Shown in pieces: positions 39,366 to 46,978 of a DNA stretch of 64,000 nucleotides; the first letter of the stretch is position 1, and the number at the start of each line of letters is the position of its first letter. The notes under the pieces are model-generated. The model did not search any database and was not told the origin of the DNA. It was given only the letters and a program-made list of their open reading frames with translations. A program made the translations under genes and the position numbers. The stretch lies in the IMG/VR virus record IMGVR_UViG_3300032242_000920, positions 7,789 to 71,788 of that record. The stretch is one strand, 5' to 3'. The DNA is from a virus.

Positions 39366-39850
39366 AATTAGTTAATAGTAATGATCCCATTTTAAAGCAA
39401 CCGTGTGAAAAGTTTAACTTTTTAAAGCCTCAGGTAGATCTTACCGAGCTTGCAGACAATATGGTTCGAGCCATGTATGATAACTATGGTATGGGACTTT
39501 CTGCCAATCAGGTTGGTGTTCCATTACAGATCTTTGTAATGGCTGCACAACAACCAATTTTGGTAATTAATCCTAGAATTTTGCTTGACTCGTCAGAACA
39601 AATTGAACTTGAGGAAGGTTGTTTGACTTTCCCTGGAGACCTTGTTAAGGTAAAACGACCTATCTGGATTAAAGCGAGATACCATTTGCCGAATGGTATT
39701 GCTCAGACCTTTAAGTTTGAAGGTATTACTGCTCGTGTATTTCAACATGAGTATGATCATATCATAAACGGCAAGACTATGTTTGATCATATGTCAAAAC
39801 TCAAGCGTGAAATGTATAACAAGAAGAAACTGAAGAAAGCAAAACTATGA
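39362..39850 (+). CDS. def: Peptide deformylase
   Basis: GMGLSANQVG, EGCLT and QHEYDH motifs. Confidence 0.92.
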   Translation: MKLVNSNDPILKQPCEKFNFLKPQVDLTELADNMVRAMYDNYGMGLSANQVGVPLQIFVMAAQQPILVINPRILLDSSEQIELEEGCLTFPGDLVKVKRPIWIKARYHLPNGIAQTFKFEGITARVFQHEYDHIINGKTMFDHMSKLKREMYNKKKLKKAKL

Positions 39851-40239
39851 GCACATTTGAATATTATGGTAAGTATGATAATGATGAACATTTTAAGACT
39901 GTATCTTTGAAGTTTTCGCCTAATCAGGCAGATAGTTCTTCAATTGATTATAAATACAACGAAGGTAAAACTCTTCAAGAAATCGCCGCTTACATTGATA
40001 AGACATACGGCGAACACTATTCCCAAAACAAGTATCAGGCCACAGAGTTCATCATTGATGGTGGCCACGGAACAGGTTTCTGTATCGGCAATGTGCTGAA
40101 GTATGCACAACGATACGGCAATAAGGGAACAACCGAAGATTGGCGTAAGGACCTAATGAAGGTTATTCATTACGCAATAATTCAACTACATGTACATGAT
40201 ATGACATATTCAAAATGGGAAGGAAAAGATAATGGCTAA
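39847..40239 (+). CDS. DUF3310/T7 gp1.7-like nucleotide kinase domain protein
   Basis: HY...GFCIGNVLKYAQRYG.K...DL.KVIHY. Confidence 0.75.
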   Translation: MSTFEYYGKYDNDEHFKTVSLKFSPNQADSSSIDYKYNEGKTLQEIAAYIDKTYGEHYSQNKYQATEFIIDGGHGTGFCIGNVLKYAQRYGNKGTTEDWRKDLMKVIHYAIIQLHVHDMTYSKWEGKDNG

Positions 40240-40861
40240 GAATGATGAACTAGCAGTATTTGTTGCACTAGACCGCTCAGGTTCTATGCAGGGCGAACGT
40301 TGGACTCACGCTATTGATTCTATCAACGAATACATCAATGGTCTGAAGTCCGAAAAAGTTGAAGGCACCGTAAGCATTGTCGCGTTTGACACTCTTGGTG
40401 CAAATATGCGTCTCGAAACTCTTGCTGAAGATAAGAGCATCGCTTACTTTGATGCACTCAAGCATGACGTGATTCAGCCTTCTGGTATGACTCCTCTGTT
40501 CGATGCTGCGGCAAATGTCATGGATCGAGCTCTAGAAAATAATGCTAAACGTACTGTCGTTGTGATCATGACTGACGGTGAAGAAAATTCTTCAAGAGAA
40601 TATACTCAGGCAAAGATCAAGGATAAGGTTAAGGCTCTGACCGAAAAGAAGTGGGAAGTCCTATTCCTTGGTGCAAACTTTGATGTGTCTAATTATACTG
40701 CTGCTTCTGGTCTTGCACAGACTAAGATGCGCAATGTCGATTTTAATAATACAATTCAGCGCACAGCAATGTATGCTGATTTAACCAAATCAACTACTGC
40801 ATATGCCACAACTGGTGCTGCAATTAATCTCTCTGTTGATGTAAACGTAAAGGCTAAGTAA
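40232..40861 (+). CDS. von Willebrand factor A domain protein
   Basis: MIDAS DRSGSM, G.TPLFDA, VIMTDGEENSS. Confidence 0.9.
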   Translation: MAKNDELAVFVALDRSGSMQGERWTHAIDSINEYINGLKSEKVEGTVSIVAFDTLGANMRLETLAEDKSIAYFDALKHDVIQPSGMTPLFDAAANVMDRALENNAKRTVVVIMTDGEENSSREYTQAKIKDKVKALTEKKWEVLFLGANFDVSNYTAASGLAQTKMRNVDFNNTIQRTAMYADLTKSTTAYATTGAAINLSVDVNVKAK

Positions 40862-40864
40862 AAT

Positions 40865-41830
40865 ATGGAAATTTCAATTGATATTGGTGAACTGAGAAAA
40901 AGATCTCTACTTGTTTGTGTGCCAATGTATGGTGGCATGTGTTTTGGTAACTTTGCTAAGTCAACTAATGACTTGACTGCACTTGCCGCACAGTATGGTA
41001 TTGGTATTAGATTCTATTATCTGTTTAATGAGTCGCTTATTACTCGTGCACGTAACTATTGCTGTGATGAGTTTTTACGTTCTGATTGCACTCATATGCT
41101 TTTCATTGACTCGGATATTGCATTTGATGCTAATGATGTTATTGCAATGCTTGCTCTGATGGGTGATGAAACTGAGTATGATGTTCTGACTGCACCATAC
41201 CCAAAGAAGTGCATCAGCTGGGAAAAGATCAAGCATGCATGTGATCTTGGTGCTGCTGATGAGAATCCTAACAACCTCGAAAAGTTTGTTGGTGACTATG
41301 TGTTTAATCCTGCAAATGGTAAGAACCAAATTCGCCTTGACATTCCTGAGGAAGTGCTTGAGTCTGGTACCGGTTTTATGATGTTCCGCCGCGCAACTCT
41401 TGAAAAGTTTGCTAAGGAATATCCTGAATATTACTACAAGCCAGACCACATTCGCACTGAAGCCTTTGATGGTTCGCGTGAAATTGTTGCATTCTTTGAT
41501 GCACTGATTGACAATAAGCATGCTCAGATTAGACGAGAAATTCGTGAATTCTTTAGACTCAATCCGAATGCAACATCTGATGATGTGATCAACTTTATTG
41601 ATGATACCAAGCAGTCGGCCTTTGGGTTCCAGTATTCAAATCGGTATCTCTCCGAAGATTACATGTTCTGCCAGTGGTCACGTAGGATTGGTCTGAAGGT
41701 TTGGTTGTGCCCTTGGATTAAGCTAACACACACTGGTACATATACCTTTGGTGGTTCGCTTGCCGATATTGCCTCGATTGGTGTTTCTGCCACAGCAGAT
41801 CCCACGAAGCTAAACAAGGCAACAAAGTAG
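40865..41830 (+). CDS. GT-A fold glycosyltransferase-like protein
   Basis: VCVPMYGG, SLITRARN, LFIDSDI (DxD), GTGFM, YLSEDY.FC. Confidence 0.75.
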   Translation: MEISIDIGELRKRSLLVCVPMYGGMCFGNFAKSTNDLTALAAQYGIGIRFYYLFNESLITRARNYCCDEFLRSDCTHMLFIDSDIAFDANDVIAMLALMGDETEYDVLTAPYPKKCISWEKIKHACDLGAADENPNNLEKFVGDYVFNPANGKNQIRLDIPEEVLESGTGFMMFRRATLEKFAKEYPEYYYKPDHIRTEAFDGSREIVAFFDALIDNKHAQIRREIREFFRLNPNATSDDVINFIDDTKQSAFGFQYSNRYLSEDYMFCQWSRRIGLKVWLCPWIKLTHTGTYTFGGSLADIASIGVSATADPTKLNKATK

Positions 41831-41859
41831 TTTACTTTATCTAGACAATGTGTTATATT
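41831..41859 (+). promoter_or_regulatory. Early/middle promoter for gp45
   Basis: TTTACT-17-TATATT with TGTGT before the -10. Confidence 0.7.
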
Positions 41860-41890
41860 ATGAAACTGCACTACTGCAAGGAGACTTATT

Positions 41891-42565
41891 ATGAAGTTGA
41901 GTGAAACTACCCTGAATATTCTGAAGAACTTTTCTGCCATTAATCAGAGCATTAAGATTACTGGTGGGACTACCATTTCAACCATTGCACCGACAAAGAC
42001 TGTCCTTGCTAAGGCTGAAGTTCCTGATTTGTTTGATCGACCTTTTTGTATCTATGATCTTAACCGGTTTCTTTCAATCCTTTCTATGTTTGAAGATCCG
42101 GAAATTACACTTGATACAACCAGCTTGATTATCTCCGACGCCAAGACAGGCAATGGTCTTCAGAAGGTTACTTATCGGTACTGTGATGAAAAGGTGATTG
42201 TTGCTGCACCTGCAAATGATGTAAACTTTCCTAAGCCAGATGTATCGTTTACTCTGACTCAGAAGGACATTGCCAAGGTAAACAAGGCAGCTGGTGTCCT
42301 TCAACTTCCTGAAATTGCTATTGTTGGTGAGGAAGGTAACCTTTACCTTCGGTCAGTGAATAGTAAGGATGCTGGTTCGGATGCATTCAATGTTCTTGTT
42401 GGTGAATCTGACACTGACTTTGTTGCAACATTTAAGCCTGAATACTTCTCCAAGCTCATTGCGGGTGACTACGAAGTTGAAGTTTCATCCAAGAAGATCT
42501 CACGCTTTACCGGTAAGAATGTAGTCTACTATATTGCTGTTGAAGCAAATTCTACTTTTGCTTGA
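41891..42565 (+). CDS. gp45: Sliding clamp gp45
   Basis: MKLSE.TL.ILKNF..INQS...F.IYDLN.FL...YYIAVE. Confidence 0.95.
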   Translation: MKLSETTLNILKNFSAINQSIKITGGTTISTIAPTKTVLAKAEVPDLFDRPFCIYDLNRFLSILSMFEDPEITLDTTSLIISDAKTGNGLQKVTYRYCDEKVIVAAPANDVNFPKPDVSFTLTQKDIAKVNKAAGVLQLPEIAIVGEEGNLYLRSVNSKDAGSDAFNVLVGESDTDFVATFKPEYFSKLIAGDYEVEVSSKKISRFTGKNVVYYIAVEANSTFA

Positions 42566-42570
42566 TTTTT

Positions 42571-42635
42571 GGTTTACAATTTGCGCAGAAGATATATTGT
42601 GAATATACTTTCCACGCAAATTGTAAACCGTTTTT
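42571..42635 (+). promoter_or_regulatory. Long inverted repeat (15-bp perfect arms) containing a TTTACA -35 and followed by a T-run; promoter/terminator
   Basis: GGTTTACAATTTGCG(42571-42585)...CGCAAATTGTAAACC(42615-42629)GTTTTT. Confidence 0.7.
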
Positions 42636-42650
42636 ATTATGGAGAATTAT

Positions 42651-43598
42651 ATGAGTGATGACTTTTTGTGGGTGGAAAAGTATCGACCAAAGACGGTTGA
42701 TGATTGTATCCTTACTGATAAGCTCAAGGCTACATTTAAGGAATTTGTAAACCAAAAAAATGTTCCTAATCTACTGCTTTCGGGTAGTGCTGGTTGTGGC
42801 AAGACAACTATTGCCAAGGCCATGCTTGAGGAACTTGGGTGTGATTATATTGTAATCAATGGTTCATTGAATGCAAATATGGATGCTCTCCGAACTCAGC
42901 TTAGTAACTATGCCTCGGCTGTAAGTTTCTCTGGAACTCGAAAGTATGTCATCCTTGATGAGGCCGACTATTTGTCTGCTGGTGGTAACAGCCCAGTTCA
43001 GCCCGCACTCCGAAACTTCATGGAAGAGTATTCGTCCAATTGTGGGTTTATTCTGACTTGTAACTTCAAGAATCGTATTATTGAACCTCTACATTCTCGT
43101 TGTTCGGTAGTAGACTTCAAGATTAATAAGGCAGATCTACCCTCACTTTCAGTCCAATTTCTTAAGCGTGCTTGCATGATTTTGGATACCGAGGGTGTTG
43201 CATATGACAAGAAGGTTGTCGCAGCAGTAATTTCAAAGCACTCACCCGATTGGCGCCGAGTGTTGAATGAACTTCAGCGCTATTCGGCCACAGGTAAAAT
43301 TGATGAGGGTATTCTTGTTAACTTCTCCGATGAAGCATATAAGAAACTCATTGGTCATCTGAAGCAAAAGGACTTTGGTGCCGCTCGAAAGTGGATTGCC
43401 GAAAACATTGATATTGATACTGATATGTTGTTCAAGTCTCTGTATGACAATTGTTATGATCTTCTTGTACCACAGTCAATTCCAGATCTGATTTTGATCT
43501 TGGCAAAGTACCAATACCAGGCCGCATTTGTTGCCAACAAGGAAATCAACCTTGCCGCGGCCATTATTGAAGTTCTGGCGAATTGTTCGTTCAAATGA
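42651..43598 (+). CDS. gp44: Clamp loader large subunit gp44
   Basis: LWVEKYRP, GSAGCGKTT, DEADYL, PLHSRC; GGAG SD before ATG 42651. Confidence 0.96.
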   Translation: MSDDFLWVEKYRPKTVDDCILTDKLKATFKEFVNQKNVPNLLLSGSAGCGKTTIAKAMLEELGCDYIVINGSLNANMDALRTQLSNYASAVSFSGTRKYVILDEADYLSAGGNSPVQPALRNFMEEYSSNCGFILTCNFKNRIIEPLHSRCSVVDFKINKADLPSLSVQFLKRACMILDTEGVAYDKKVVAAVISKHSPDWRRVLNELQRYSATGKIDEGILVNFSDEAYKKLIGHLKQKDFGAARKWIAENIDIDTDMLFKSLYDNCYDLLVPQSIPDLILILAKYQYQAAFVANKEINLAAAIIEVLANCSFK

Positions 43599-43984
43599 GT
43601 ACAAACCCATTTGACTTTATTAATGATGTGACTAATCTAAAGAACAACCTGATCAGAAAGGCAGATGATCCCGCCAAGAAAGCCGAGGAATATAATCCTT
43701 GGTTGACAAATAATACACTATCATACTTTCCAGATACTGTATTGTATGCCAATGAAATGAACAAATATTATTTTCTTCCTAATCTAGTTCAGTATGATTA
43801 TTTTTATAATACCATAAATAAAAGGAAGAGAATTGTTAAGCAATCAAAGCAAGTTATTTCTGATGATCTAAAGATGGTAATGAAATATTTTGGATATAAC
43901 CATCGTAGAGCACAAGAAGCAATGCAACTTTTGACTGTCGAACAACTCACTGAAATAAAAACAAAACTGAATGTTGGTGGGTAA
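43595..43984 (+). CDS. gp62: Clamp loader small subunit gp62
   Basis: PFDF...YNP...N..LS...DT..YANEMN...QYD...YFGY. Confidence 0.92.
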   Translation: MSTNPFDFINDVTNLKNNLIRKADDPAKKAEEYNPWLTNNTLSYFPDTVLYANEMNKYYFLPNLVQYDYFYNTINKRKRIVKQSKQVISDDLKMVMKYFGYNHRRAQEAMQLLTVEQLTEIKTKLNVGG

Positions 43985-43986
43985 AA

Positions 43987-44379
43987 ATGATAGAATCTTT
44001 AGTAGAAGTAAAGCTAATAGATGAGGAGAACTTCCTTGTCATTAAGGAAACATTGACCAGAATTGGAATTGCTTCTAAGACAAATAAAACAATATATCAA
44101 TCGTGCCATATCTTGCATAAGCGTGGCAAATATTATATTGTGCATTTCAAGGAACTATTCTTGCTTGATGGCAAGACCAATACTGAGTTCACTGATGATG
44201 ATATTGGTCGTAGAAATACTATCATTAATCTACTTGAACAATGGAATCTTATTGACATTGTGAATAAGAAACAAACCGAAACTCCTGTTGTTCCTATTTC
44301 GACTATTAAGATTTTATCACATAAAGACAAAAAAGATTGGCAATGTCTAGCAAAATATAGTATCGGCAATAAAAAGTAA
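43987..44379 (+). CDS. regA: Translational repressor RegA
   Basis: FL..KETLTRIGIA...YQSCHILHKRG.YYIVHFKELF.LDG. Confidence 0.96.
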   Translation: MIESLVEVKLIDEENFLVIKETLTRIGIASKTNKTIYQSCHILHKRGKYYIVHFKELFLLDGKTNTEFTDDDIGRRNTIINLLEQWNLIDIVNKKQTETPVVPISTIKILSHKDKKDWQCLAKYSIGNKK

Positions 44380-44392
44380 ATAAATAATCTTC

Positions 44393-44445
44393 GTCTATGC
44401 CTAATGGGTAGACAAATCTAACCTCGCTTAATAAGGAGACTTACT
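44393..44445 (+). promoter_or_regulatory. ROSE-like RNA thermometer leader of hsp20
   Basis: 5' hairpin GTCTA..TAGAC (44393-44413), then CTCGCT (44423-44428) pairing with AAGGAG (44433-44438) with a bulged G; AATAAATA at 44379-44386. Confidence 0.6.
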
Positions 44446-44862
44446 ATGACTAGACTAAATTCAATTTTCGATCATCCTCTATTTGTTGGCTTTGAACGGT
44501 TGGCCGAATCGGCAGCTAAAATGCCAGTAGTAGGATATCCGCCATACAATATTAAAAAGACAGATGAAAATAAGTATGCCATTGAGATGGCAGTAGCTGG
44601 TTTTGGTATTGAAGATATTAGTATTGAACTTGCAGATGGAAAGCTTGTGATTAAGGGTAATACCGAAGCCGAACAGGACACTAAAGCAGAAATTCTATAT
44701 CAAGGTCTGGCGATGAGACCATTCACACGTCAGTTTACACTACATGAACACGTGGAAATTACTGGTGCTTCGCTAACGCATGGCATCCTTCGTATTGATC
44801 TAGAATATGTAATTCCCGAGCACAAAAAGCCAAAAACAATCAAGATCAATAAAGGAACCTAA
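44446..44862 (+). CDS. hsp20: Small heat shock protein (Hsp20/IbpA-like)
   Basis: YPPYNI...IEMAVAGF...R.F.RQF.L...GIL.I.LE..IPE.KKP..I.I. Confidence 0.93.
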   Translation: MTRLNSIFDHPLFVGFERLAESAAKMPVVGYPPYNIKKTDENKYAIEMAVAGFGIEDISIELADGKLVIKGNTEAEQDTKAEILYQGLAMRPFTRQFTLHEHVEITGASLTHGILRIDLEYVIPEHKKPKTIKINKGT

Positions 44863-44863
44863 C

Positions 44864-44947
44864 ATGGCAGTAACTGTTTCTAGAACTCTGGCGCTTATTA
44901 TTGCGTCAACTTGCTTTTCATTAACTGCAGCAATTCTATTCTTTTAA
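44864..44947 (+). CDS. 27-aa single-TM micropeptide
   Basis: MAVTVSRTLALIIASTCFSLTAAILFF; AAGGA SD; lies between hsp20 and the terminator. Confidence 0.5.
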   Translation: MAVTVSRTLALIIASTCFSLTAAILFF

Positions 44948-44961
44948 GATAGACAACTTGG

Positions 44962-44989
44962 AAAGAGGGGAAGCAATTCCCCTCTTTTT
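44962..44989. terminator. Bidirectional intrinsic terminator
   Basis: AAAGAGGGGAA-GCAA-TTCCCCTCTTTTT between the convergent hsp20 and endolysin units. Confidence 0.88.
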
Positions 44990-44991
44990 AG

Positions 44992-45585
44992 TCAGTTCCA
45001 TGAGTTGAATAGTTTGGTCTTAGCAATTCGATCATCAAGCCCAATAACACCACCATTTACTCGTTTAGTTAAAGCTGTAATGGTAGAATCATCAACACCT
45101 TTATCACAAATAGACCAAAGTTTATTTTCATCAAAGAAAAATATTGCAGATTCAAATGCTAATTCTGAAGATACTTTTTCTGGATTATCGGCATGACCAA
45201 ACTTAATATAGTTGCCTTTACCAGTTAGTTGAATAGCACCACGGCCTCTATAGTTCCAACCATCCCCAGATGCTTCATCACCATTACCCATACGGTTTGC
45301 ATAGACTTTATTCGCAATCTTCTGTGGGTTTCTTGCATATTCATTTGTAGATGCAATTGTTGGAAAATACTTTTTAAAGAGCTTTGTAAGACCTTCAGCC
45401 GAATAGTTTAGATTTTCCTCAAAAACTTTAAACCCACCTGTCTCGTGATAGCACTGTCCAAAGAAATGAGCGGCTCTATTGTTGGTAAGTTTAAAATAAT
45501 TTCTAGCTGCTTTATAAGTGGCAGGACCCCAAATGCCATCAGCAGTTATACCACACTTGAGTTGTAGATCAACTAGTGCCGACAT
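44992..45585 (-). CDS. GH19 endolysin with N-terminal peptidoglycan-binding-like segment
   Basis: ADGIWGPAT; AHFFGQCYHETGGF...ENLNYS; YRGRGAIQLTGK.NY; TKRVNGG.IGL.DR. Confidence 0.9.
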   Translation of the reverse strand: MSALVDLQLKCGITADGIWGPATYKAARNYFKLTNNRAAHFFGQCYHETGGFKVFEENLNYSAEGLTKLFKKYFPTIASTNEYARNPQKIANKVYANRMGNGDEASGDGWNYRGRGAIQLTGKGNYIKFGHADNPEKVSSELAFESAIFFFDENKLWSICDKGVDDSTITALTKRVNGGVIGLDDRIAKTKLFNSWN

Positions 45586-46097
45586 TATTTGTTCTTCCCT
45601 TTATTTAAATCATTAATGGATTTAATATTGTCAGTGATCCATTTCTGAAGAGCAATTAACTGTTCTTTGTTTTGGTTGCAGTTGGAGTAGTTGGCGGTGA
45701 TGGTTCCGAGGGCTTCATTGTCTTTAATTCCAGAGGGGGTCGCATCAGAAGCTCTGGTGGAGTCGGGAGTTCCATTTGTGGCACTAATGTCGTGCGTGTA
45801 CACCCAGCCATTACTAAGCACATACTGACTAGGCACACTCGTTTTAGTAATGTCGCGATATACATATTCTTTCTCCTTAATTACACGAGTGCGATCTACA
45901 TATTGGATCACGGTTTTGTTTGATATTTCTTGATTTTTATGTTCGGCTACTATTGTTTTTTGCGAAGCCTTTGCTGCATATTTTTGAAGTTCTGCTTCAG
46001 CATATGAGCTACCCTTCATGTATCCGAAGAAAAAAGTTCCAACTAATATACCTAAAGTTACTAAAAGTTTAATAGGAAGTGGAATCAGTTTAAGCAT
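45585..46097 (-). CDS. Inner-membrane spanin (Rz-like)
   Basis: N-terminal TM helix, periplasmic helical domain, NY..C...QL.ALQ.W C-terminus; next to the endolysin. Confidence 0.8.
   Translation of the reverse strand: MLKLIPLPIKLLVTLGILVGTFFFGYMKGSSYAEAELQKYAAKASQKTIVAEHKNQEISNKTVIQYVDRTRVIKEKEYVYRDITKTSVPSQYVLSNGWVYTHDISATNGTPDSTRASDATPSGIKDNEALGTITANYSNCNQNKEQLIALQKWITDNIKSINDLNKGKNK
45656..45865 (-). CDS. Outer-membrane spanin lipoprotein (Rz1-like) nested in Rz
   Basis: Signal peptide with lipobox MAG-C, then a Pro-rich mature part; fully embedded in another frame of the Rz gene. Confidence 0.8.
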   Translation of the reverse strand: MYIATLLKRVCLVSMCLVMAGCTRTTLVPQMELPTPPELLMRPPLELKTMKPSEPSPPTTPTATKTKNS

Positions 46098-46127
46098 AAT
46101 CTTTACTCTTTTAGGTTAGTTCCTTTA

Positions 46128-46139
46128 TATTTATAAATA
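46128..46139. promoter_or_regulatory. Palindromic bidirectional late promoter TATTTATAAATA
   Basis: TATAAATA on + (46132-46139) and on - (46135-46128) between divergent genes. Confidence 0.78.
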
Positions 46140-46164
46140 GATTGCCCTAACTAGAAAGAGTTCC

Positions 46165-46917
46165 ATGCTAAACTTTATTAACTTTTTAGACGAAAAAGCT
46201 AAATTTGATACTACACTTCAGTATCATGATAAACTAAACCCATTAATTTGGGAAAAGAATAAGCTCCGTAAAGAAGTTCTTAATGGTCTTGTTAGAATTG
46301 CTCATGATTGGGCTACATTTTCTAGAATTCCTTTTGCTTCAATTAAAGACATTGTGATTACCGGTGGTAATTGCAACTACAACTATACATCACTATCTGA
46401 TATTGATCTGCATTTAATTATTGACATGAAGAATATTATTAAAGATAAAGATATTCTTGAAGATTGGCTGTATGACAAGAAAGTCCTATGGGCAAAATAT
46501 CATCCAAACATTCGTATCAAAGGTTATCCTGTAGAGTTATATGCTCAGGACTCAAAAGAAACATTGAAGCCAAATCAGGGTGTGTACTCATTAGTTGACA
46601 AAAAGTGGATTTCAGAACCAAAGAAACAAAGTGTTCAAGATCTACACACAGACAAAACTCTGATTCGCAAGATTAAATACTATATTAAACAAATAGATAA
46701 CTTCACTAATACTGCTAGTTTAGCTACTAAGCAAACAATAGAACAAGCTAAAAAACTTAAACAAAAGTTCCATAAAATGCGATCTTCAGGTATTCAAAAG
46801 TCTGGAGAGTTTGCTCAAGAGAACTTATTATATAAAGCACTACGCAATCTTGGAAAACTCGATCAATTAAATGAGTTTATACGGAATTCCACAGATCTTG
46901 ACTATTCCGTAGACTAA
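46165..46917 (+). CDS. Pol-beta-superfamily nucleotidyltransferase, probable capsid-internal protein
   Basis: DIVITGGN..YNY...SDIDLH and PVELY; N-terminus MLNFINFLDE is CTS-like; late promoter. Confidence 0.75.
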   Translation: MLNFINFLDEKAKFDTTLQYHDKLNPLIWEKNKLRKEVLNGLVRIAHDWATFSRIPFASIKDIVITGGNCNYNYTSLSDIDLHLIIDMKNIIKDKDILEDWLYDKKVLWAKYHPNIRIKGYPVELYAQDSKETLKPNQGVYSLVDKKWISEPKKQSVQDLHTDKTLIRKIKYYIKQIDNFTNTASLATKQTIEQAKKLKQKFHKMRSSGIQKSGEFAQENLLYKALRNLGKLDQLNEFIRNSTDLDYSVD

Positions 46918-46921
46918 GGGG

Positions 46922-46950
46922 TTTACACACCCTTTGTAGTGTGTTATAGT
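46922..46950 (+). promoter_or_regulatory. Early/middle promoter for gp43
   Basis: TTTACA-17-TATAGT with TGTGT before the -10. Confidence 0.75.
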
Positions 46951-46978
46951 ACAATTTAACCGTAATTATGAGGTGTTG

